Source of the DNA: Phallusia mammillata
Taxonomy: Eukaryota
Direction: 5' to 3'
DNA: 64,000 nt
NCBI GenBank assembly: GCA_965637545.1
Contig: OZ281498.1
Coordinates: 22,382,001 to 22,446,000, forward strand
Shown: piece by piece, positions 54,799 to 64,000 of the stretch
Position numbering within the stretch: position 1 is the first letter of the stretch
How the letters are laid out: each line of letters opens with the position of its first letter
Translations under genes and position numbers: made by a program
The notes under the pieces: generated by a model
Database searches by the model: none
Told to the model about the DNA's origin: nothing
What the model saw: only the letters and a program-made list of their open reading frames with translations

Positions 54799-57019
54799 AG
54801 TGTATATTTTGCTGTCCAATTTTGTATGTTCAACACCTAAAAAGGATAAAATAATGGAGCATCCTAACAATAAATGATCAGTTTCATATAGTATACTATA
54901 AACACATATTGTCCATCTTTTTACTCTCAACTTTCGAAATGCCGCCAAAACTGAAAGTTATCACAAACAGGAATAGTAGGCTACCCAAGACATCCACTTA
55001 AACTAAAACAGATTTAGACACCGTGGCATTAGTAGGTCGCCAAAAAAGGCCTACTTCGTATTGCCCCGCTCTCTTGTAGGTAGATACTTTGTCAAAAACA
55101 CGTCTACAACATTATGTTGTTTACATCGAGCCAACAAATTGCTTGCACGTAGTATAGAAACATGTGTGTGGCCGAAAAGCCGATGTAAAATTGCATGTTG
55201 AGTAAAAGATTGACCAACACGCTTACTCTTTTGTCAAAAAATGCTTAGGCTAGTTGAGAGTACATTATGTACGAAAACATTGAATGTAAATGATGTAAAC
55301 GGAAAAAAATACACAACATCCGTTTGGTTTCCTGGTACCAAATAAATTTCTAAAAGTCATTTCAGATAATCGGCTTATCGTTTCTACCAAATAAAATTCG
55401 GAAAAAATATATTCATCTTTCTGCTGAACACGGTAAAACCAATTTAAGATAAAAAGCTTGACAGAACCAACTGGCCGGACTCTTGTAGTTCTCATTTTAA
55501 CCGACAATAAAATGAGCCACTTGGGTAACAAAGGGCTTGAAGTACGTCCAGCAGCAGAGCTACGACCACTTCAGTTTGTAAATCACAACATCGGCAAGTT
55601 AAAATGTTATAAAGCCTGTAAGGTCCATTGATCAAAGCTGATTAACCTAACAACCACATTCAACAAAGCGTTAACTTTGTTAGTAGAGGTTTTACAGACT
55701 GTTGTGGGCATTTGGGTCGACCTTAAATCGAGAACCTTCGAGAAACGCAATAAAGTAGTTCAAAGAGACGTTTTACGTCTTTGCGAGTTAAAGAACAGTA
55801 GGCTCGAACAAAACATACCAAGCAGAACAAACACAAAACCCGCCAACAATGTAAAATGTGGTTAATTTTTATTGCACTTACAGCAGGTAAAACCGTTTGA
55901 ATTGTCTTTTATTTAACTACCTACTTTCGCAAAGTTACCAATAAAGAGCAACCGAAGGTCACATGAAGTAGTGTCGACAATATATTTTCAGAGAAGATCT
56001 AAAGAATGGCATATTTCGGTTAGAAATGACATTGTTTCGAAACCAAAGAGCCTGATTGAGCGGAGGGTAAAAGAAACCCTTTCCGCAATCAAGACAACAT
56101 AGTGTTGGTGACGTCATCAGTTGTTGTGAACCATTAAATAAAGAAGCCGTTTAGGAAGTGTCGCAAAGGTATCAATAAAATACCAGATGGAATGATAAAA
56201 TCGATCTTCCACACGTAGGTGTGAAAATGATGTAACAATTTTATTTGTAATGGACCGTGACGAAATGTGTTCAAATTACGACACGGCCCACTACAAAATC
56301 ATCCATAACCATTTTTGCCAATGTACTTATGTACATACTGTAGTGTTTTATAACGTGCCGGTTACCATCTTGTGTCGTCTGTTGCATGAACCGTTGTGTG
56401 CATTGTTATTCTACCTAGCGTGTGCTGCGTATTGGACAGCAACATAATAAATCTGGTTTAATCCCGAAAAGCATGAGTGAGACGCTACACATACGTTTAT
56501 TACACATTTCTTTTGAATGTGCCAGAACCGGAGAATGAAAATGCATTTTTTACAGACAAAAAAAAACTTCGAGTACACACAGACTTTCTAAAACAGACCA
56601 TCACTCTTTGTTCATGTATTATTGCCTGTTAAGCCCATCAGGTCAGGTTTTCTGGCCAGCTTCAATCCTGTTCAGCAACTGATATGATATCCAAGTCCCA
56701 ATTGTATTTTTTTTACTTACCTGGTAATTACTATAGCTTATTTTAAGTCCAATACTTACATATTATTTGTAACTCAGCCATGTTGCAGCCAAAATTGAGA
56801 ATGAATGGAATATGCAGTTAATCTTATTCATCTGCAATGGTGGGAATGGTACTGACATTGATTTTCTTGTTTCAAGAACAGAAAAGGTTGCAAATGTTGT
56901 TAAATGGCACTTCAACACATCTTTCCCTGTGGCACATGCTGATTTAAGTGTTTAAAATGTTGACACCCACTTTGTGATACAGTTACACAGAAAATGCAGC
57001 AAACCTCACAAATGACTTC

Positions 57020-58009
57020 CCTACAGTGTTGTAATTTCAGGTTGCCCGAAAGACAAAGCATACCACTTTTTACCATCTTACTCAAAGGTAACATCCATAA
57101 TCAGGAAAAGACATTGAGATTTGAAATACAATAAATAGATTCACTTTGTCAGTTCCAAAACCATCGAAAATCTGTACAAAATGGTCATTTTTTAAACAAA
57201 TAAAGATTCAACAATTTAAGACAAGTAGATCTTTCAATCTGTTTACTCCAGTGTGTACAGATGTTTATTTACAATATCTAGCAATAAGATTTCATCCAAA
57301 AACTTAGATATATTAACAAGTGCGTATCCCGTATAATTTCAAAAAGTTTGAGGAGTAGGTGGGCTTTCACATAGCAAACACAAAAGAGTATTTTTCATAA
57401 GGTTGAATGTTGTACAAGTAACACTTTTTTAGAGGAGTTGCTATAGCAATTTAAATTGCGTTTATAACTTACCTGTGTATTCTTTAATAAGTTCTGCAGT
57501 GCTTGTGCAAATTGTCAAGATTGCCTTGGTTTATTGCATTTTGTTTCATATTCCCCAACAGACCTTAAAGCATGTTATTCCTTGACTTTGGATTTTGGCA
57601 ATCTTGTTGCAGCAGAGGAAACATTCGATCAACTTCATATTCCTTCAACAGTGAGTATTCAGCAATCAGTCCAAATTGCGCAGTTAATTCTGGATTTAAA
57701 ACAAAAGACTACAAAATAAAACTGAAACAGATAAAGTTAAACAATATTTGACACTCGAAAATTGTAATATAAGATAACATGTTGACAGCAAATTTGTTAC
57801 ATGTTTTATATAAAATACTGTCTGCAAAATACTTATTTGAGCTATTTTATGTCAAAACCATATTACAGTTTTACATGTTTACCTTGCTTGCTTCCCGTTC
57901 CGGCGCGTTTGCCAAGTAGTTGCAGTGGCCAGCGGCTTTCTCTTTGAGTCAACTCGATCAAATCCAAATTAATACAGCCCGTTGATAAATGCGGGGCTGA
58001 TGATGCCAT
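57020..58009 (-). pseudogene. VPS33A: Internally deleted, frameshifted VPS33A duplicate
   Basis: Exon-1-like 58009-57883 (MASSAPHLSTGCINLDL). Exon-2-like sequence from 57708 (ELTAQFGLIAEYSLLKEYEVDRMF, out of frame) is joined directly to mid-gene [10 protein letters not shown] (about 57472). A remnant at 57100-57020 aligns with the intact exon at 63170-63027. Confidence 0.85.
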
Positions 58010-58321
58010 TCAGGGCATTCTAGAGACTATAAAAATGTACAAACCATTCTGGTGAAACAATAAACCTCGCCTACATTTTAATTTTAATGAAGTAATCGAA
58101 ACAAGAAATTTGCGCTCATCCGATTTTAATTTTGGGAGTTTTTCTGTTTTCATTTTCACTGCAAAAACTTGCTTATATTAAAACCAATGCAAACACGTTT
58201 ACTTTTATTCAAGATCCCCCAAAAAACAAATACATATCTAAACTTGCAATGTTTTTGTGGAAACATCGTTTTATTTTATTTTACATTCCAACTCAACTCA
58301 AGAAATTTAAACACATTTTTT

Positions 58322-60001
58322 TCATTCTGGAAATTTAAACATGGCTTTGGAAGCTTTTCCTGATTTTAGACTCTCCAGAGCAACCTTGTAATTGGACAAA
58401 TCAAAGGTCTTTATTCCAAGCTTTTGATAATCCAAGTAACCAGATGCGCCAAGTTTTTCCATTAGTGTCAGTGATTCCTCGAAGCAGAATGGATTCGTAA
58501 AAGAACCAACGATGGTCAACTCCTTCCAGTAGATTTGAAATGGTTCAACAGGGATTGTTTTACCAGCTGGGCAGCATCCAAACCATGATACAGTGGCACC
58601 ACGACGAGCAAAATCCAACGCCTATTATCGCAAAAAAACAGTGCTGCTAATATACGCCACATTTGTAAGGAGAGTATAGGTACAAAAGGGTCATGGTTGT
58701 GTCGACGCAGTGCGGAAAAAATCAATCAATAGCGAACTACAATCAACGGCATTTTTTCAGAACTACAAAGCAAAAAAAAACCTAAATAGCTTAATTACCT
58801 TTTGACAGGCTTTTGGATTTCCCGTACAATCAATAATCAGGTGAAATCCATGTTTGTCCACATCCTTTCCAGCTAATTTCAATTCCAGCTCTTGTGGGTG
58901 AACGACATCAAATCCTAATCCCATTCCTACAAAAATGTCACCAAGTTTGAAAAATAAAATTGTCTACAAGTCATTGACAAACTCTGTCTTTTCTATATTG
59001 GATACAAGTATTTGAACTTATAATTAGATAGATAGGGTTTTAGGCATGCATTGACTGAATCTAATACCAGAGCATAACTTTCTTCTTTCGTCATTGGGTT
59101 CCGACACAGTGACGTTTTTGTAACCATGGTGATGTAGCAGTGTGACAAACAGCGAGCCAATTATGCCTGCTCCTTGTACAAGAACGGGCACATGGGTTTT
59201 GGGAAGGACTCCCAATTTGTTCCAACCCCTTATTACACATGAGTAAGGTTCAGCCAATGCTCCCTGTTCCAGACTAATCGAATCTGGAAGCTTGTGAACC
59301 TGCAATTTTCGTAATAGTTAATTCAACGACCAACACGGTGGCATTGTGATATATTTGCAGGGCGTCAAATACAAGGTAACACTTAAAGTAAGATAAGAAG
59401 AAAACATCACTCATAACGGTTAACCAGTTGGTTTGTCATGAATAACATGTCCATAGTTATCACCATAGCATCAGGAACCACACAATATTGACCCCAACCA
59501 CCGTCGCGTTTCACTCCAGCTATAATGCTCGACTCACAGAAATGGGGAAAACCTTTGTCATTCCAATCGCATTTTCCACAACAAATCATTGGATTTACAC
59601 ACACTTTGTCGCCGACCTAGTGAAAGCATTGGGTTCAACGTTTAACAAAACAAACATTTATTCTCTTTGATTGGGAGAGATTACCTACCTTAAATGACGA
59701 TTTTGCTGCCTCCCCTAATTCAACAACCACTCCAGAAAACTCGTGACCGAGAATAACCCCATCCTGTTTGGGGGTAAACTTTCCCATCTCGCCACTCATG
59801 AAGTGAAAATCACTGCCGCAAACGCCTGCAGTGTCCGAATCAGTTGAAAAGCCAATAATATTGAGCAACAAACGTTGTTGTCAACTTACCGGAATAAGCC
59901 ACTTTGATTTTTACATCATTCGGTTTAGTAACTTCAGGTATCTTCCATTTTTCTTGGTGCGACAAATCTTTTTCAGTGCCCCAAAACCATAAAGCTTCCA
60001 T
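58322..60001 (-). CDS. Zinc-dependent medium-chain (polyol/threonine dehydrogenase-like) alcohol dehydrogenase, 353 aa
   Basis: Exons 60001-59890, 59825-59689, 59616-59464, 59299-59068, 58926-58799 and 58621-58322 total 1062 nt. Motifs GVCGSD, LGHEFSGVV, LAEP, GAGIIG and DCTG. Confidence 0.93.
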
Positions 60002-61884
60002 TTCAGCTACTACCAACAACAAACTACCAGAAACAGGATTTCTGTGACAAAAAATGTTGACAATCCAAACAAAACTTCCTTTATACATTGACGACCACAA
60101 CCATGCAAACATTATACATAAGCACGTTGTGCCCAAACCTAGCTGTCTATGCGCAGTATTGAAATTCTACGTGCATTGCGCAGTTTTGTAGTTTAAAAGA
60201 AACATTTTGCAAAAATATGCAATTATTACGCTAAGTAAAGAATTTATTCATACTCCCGTTTCAACCGCTTTGAATTGAGCGTGGTAGAAAACGGCTAACT
60301 AGAACAGTTAATGATTGACCGCAGTTTTTTTTCCTCTTGGTTACTCGCACCTTGCATTTTTTCATTTTGTTACTCTGTGACGTCATCACTGGTTTAACGG
60401 TGCTTTTTTCATTGCGTGTAATGTGGGCTAGAGAACATAAATTAAACTAGAGGTTTTCCACCAGAGTCTTACAAATACGTTATATGTTTGCAGACAAAAT
60501 GGTTTAGAAACCCTGGTATTGACACTTACTCTCATGATAACAGCAATTGTTGAAACGTCTGCAAAATGTAAATAGATTATTTTGCAGTTGCTGCTCCTTA
60601 TCTAGAGATTACAACATTGCATGGGTACGTTAGAAAGTCCAGGGCACACCAGACACTTGGGTTCCTGGTACCAAATGAATTTCTTAAAGTCGGTTTCAAT
60701 TCATTCAAGCATAGCATACACCATTCTTACCAAATCAAATTAGGGAAAAAAGCTTTAATCTTTCTGTCACGTTTTTCTGCCAAATTTGTTCTGCTTCAAG
60801 ATAATTAGCTGTCGAAAAAGTTAACTACGCTAAACTATATCGTACTGCAAGTTTTTAGTCAGCAGACATCAAAAGTTATACCTTGACTTCAATTTATAGT
60901 CAACTGCTTGCGAATTATAACTTTTTCTTGAGCGTTTTCGTCTGTGGTGTATTTACTTGAGCATGTTTGTGAGTTAGGGATTAAGCCATCGCTGTTTCCT
61001 TTCGTTATCTTGTGTCAGGATTTCCATGTATCCTGTCGTGCGCCCTTGGTGTTATTTTGTGTGCCGTTTTGACTTTTTGTTATTGTAGGCTATATTTTCT
61101 TCCATGCATATTTCGTATCATGCGTTCGCGAATTCAAGGTCTGGTATTTTCGCTATGTCTCTCTCTTGTCGCTGTATTTAACTATTCCTTCAACAAGTTA
61201 GATCTGCGCACATTTAAGCTCTGCACGAGTCAACTAGCCACACCAAGGGAACGTCGACAAGGCAGTTCCTGTAGTAATGTAAAACCAATCGATGCATCGT
61301 TGTGCAAACCTTCACCGCTACACACTGGCCATCAACAAGTCAAGGCGGTGAAGTTTATTATTGCACTTGTAGCGGGTGAACATGACACCCAGTTAGACTT
61401 TACTTGTTCGCTTATGCAAACTGGTACTCTTGCCATTACATAAAATTAATAAACCTTTTAAAATTGCCGAAATAGTAATTACTTCGGCTACAGTAACAAC
61501 AGGGCAACAATTATCATGCACAGTTGTGTCGAGGAATTAGCTGGACATGAAACATAAATACATCAAATAAGGAAATTTTAAGAGTATGATTTTTTGATGG
61601 CATCGTGTATGCACTACTTTCAAACAAAGAAACTGCAGACGTTCTGTGTCTCATTCGGATAAGAAGTTGGCATACCTTAATGAAATTAGAAGCCATACAT
61701 TCATTATTAGTAAAGTTTACAGAACCGGTCAAAAATTCAATTATCTGCCGTCTGGTAGAATTCATAATTTATCGCAATTGAAATCACATGGCATCACTTC
61801 GAAGCAAGATACTGCAAATCTTTTACGATTCAGGGTACAAGAAACCCATTCGTAATAAATAACAACATAGCATCGGTGGTCGTA

Positions 61885-63688
61885 TCAGTCGTTGTGAACC
61901 AATGAGCGAAGGAGTAGGTTGCCATTGACAACATTGGTCGCGGCTACAATATACTCGTGTCCGTCGTTTTGCGCTGAGAGATAACGCAGAGCGGACAACT
62001 CGCTGTATGTCACCCCGCCGACGTAAAACACCAACGTGACAGTGGAGGAACTACTCCCACTGTCGCTCCCCACACTGCCCTGCCCTGTGGAAAAGTGACT
62101 GGTTAACAAGCGAGCTTTGTTTCAATTGACCATGAATACGTTTTGACAAGCTGTTTAGGAAGCGTTGACTGGATAGTTTTTGATGCAATCGGAAATCCAA
62201 AATAACAAAGTTGTTGCGATATTTTGCCAATTTAATGCAACCATGACAATTTCTCCCGAAAGCACACATTACCTTGGGATGTGTTTGAAACCAGGGTTGA
62301 GAGAATTTGGGATGGCCGTGTTTAAAGCCATACATACAGAAAAACGAAAAACAGTGATCTGTGGCAAATAAATCATCACTCTTCGGGTACTAGTGCCTAT
62401 AAACCCATTAAGTTCAGATCAGCTTCCATCCTGACCAGCAGTTGGTACACTGTCAAACTACTAACTGCAGTTTCAACTTACCTGCTGGGTACTAGAGTGC
62501 CATTACTTCAGGTCTCATACTTACATATTTTTTGTAAACTCTCAGACATTTCACCACCCATACTTACACTTCTTTTTGGGAACACCTTGCTGTAAGCCGC
62601 TTACAGTTGGCCCAGGAATAATCTTTAAAACCTCTTCAATGCTTCTCCAACCAGGATGGCTGAGGATTTGAGCAAGACGGACACTTAGAGGGGCATAACC
62701 GCTGTGCACATAAGCAATGTCTTGGGGCTCCTTGAAAGAAGAGTATTCAATTTGCTAAAGGAATTTTATCCAATTACCCAAACTTTTTAAACAAAAGACA
62801 AGGTACACATCACAATTTTCACAAAAACAAATGGAATATGTGATTGACCAGTATGCAACTAGTCCTATTCAACTTTTTCAAGCAACCAAAAGCATTGGAA
62901 ATCTAGTAACTGGTGTTTCTGCAACAAATTTTGCCATAAGGCACAGTCTGACTTTAAACATGTTCAAAATAAATAACGAAACCTTCTCACATGGCACAAA
63001 TAAATAGAATTATAAGTAATAAACCTTTTCATTAATATCTTCAACAATAAGACGGAGAGATTTTCGCACAGTGTTGTAATTCCATGGGCCTCCCATAGGA
63101 CGAAGTAAGCCACATTTTTCCAGTTTACTCAAAGTTATCAAATGCTTGTAACCATATGTCTGTTCAAAAATAGTTCATGATTTAGTTAACAGTTCCTTAT
63201 TTAACAAATAAAAAACTTTAGAACAACTTTAAAATTCCTAAACAAATCAAAAAAGTTTATAAATGCCGAAAATTTTAAACAAAACACTTGTATCTACCTG
63301 AAGGATTTCACGCTTGTAGTAATCATAAACTTTTGGTTTAAATCCATTGTTTGTGATGCATTGCAGACATAACAGTCTCAAAACCTGGACAATCGGTCTC
63401 TTCTGGAAAAGGCAATCTTCAATAAAGGGATTTATTTTGTCTGTTCCAATACCATTCAAAAACTCTTGCTCCACTGACAAAGTTTCAAGAAAATCACTTT
63501 CCTCTGCACAAAACGAATGTTATTGAATGTTGAAGTTGCATAGTTTTTGTTTCACATTTACCTGTGTATTCTTTAATGAGCTCTGCAATGTTTGTGTGAA
63601 TTGCCAAAGCTGCTTTTGCTTGTTGCATTTGTGGAAGATGAGAGACAAATTGTTTCATTTCACCAACAGTTTTTGCTGCATGTCGTTC
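61885..63688 (-). CDS. VPS33A: VPS33A (Sec1/Munc18 family HOPS/CORVET subunit), 3' part; continues beyond the window
   Basis: Exons encode [60 protein letters not shown] and [11 protein letters not shown], collinear with the C-terminal half of VPS33A. Confidence 0.95.
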
Positions 63689-63731
63689 CTTAAAAAATAA
63701 ATTTTAGATGAATGAGCTTGTTTCTGTATAC

Positions 63732-63946
63732 CAGTAGTTCTCAAACTTTTTTTGTTGCGACGCCTCTGGAAAACTTTTCTGGACTTGCTACGCACCAGCA
63801 AATAAAAGTTAATAAGGAAACTTATTATTTAAGTTGTGTTTATTGACACAACAACCAAAAGTTACGAAACGGAAATATTCTGTGATGCCTTTGGAAAATT
63901 GAAACGACGCACCAGGGCGTCGCGACGCACAGTTTGAGAACTGCTG
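63732..63946. mobile_element. hAT (Charlie-like) MITE, 215 bp
   Basis: TIR CAGTAGTTCTCAAACT / AGTTTGAGAACTGCTG and perfect TSD CTGTATAC (63724-63731 and 63947-63954). Confidence 0.95.
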
Positions 63947-64000
63947 CTGTATACTATAATTATCGAAAGTAAGAATTTATTCCACTAAAATATAGATGAT

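Noticed and set aside
57997-58020. CTGATGA-TGCC...GGCA stem
   Set aside because: GAAA does not follow. The sequence is the antisense of the VPS33A pseudogene start.

Overview
This is eukaryotic, AT-rich, intron-containing DNA from a compact invertebrate genome. An ascidian/tunicate is my best guess, inferred from intron sizes and gene content and not proven. I built the gene models by hand from GT-AG junctions and checked that the complete ones sum to whole codons. In order: the 3' part of RCC1 (+); a GPI-anchored mucin-like gene (+, 736 aa); IFT52 (+, 444 aa); a Src-family kinase (+, 511 aa); SLC22 transporter A (+, 541 aa); a tandem array of secreted proteins with two WSC-like domains (+; two intact copies, one with a 1-nt frameshift, one broken copy and a remnant); a young internally deleted Ty3/Gypsy element with apparently identical 701-bp LTRs; SLC22 transporter B (-); a VPS33A pseudogene (-); a zinc MDR dehydrogenase (-, 353 aa); and the 3' part of VPS33A (-). 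Non-coding DNA holds several hAT MITEs with 8-bp TSDs, a foldback element with a 9-bp TSD, (AACTC)n-tailed retroposon ends and three hammerhead-ribozyme motifs from two families. The strongest leads are the secreted array, whose first domain is nearly constant while its second varies in clustered patches, and the hammerhead motifs. No databases were searched, so novelty is not established.
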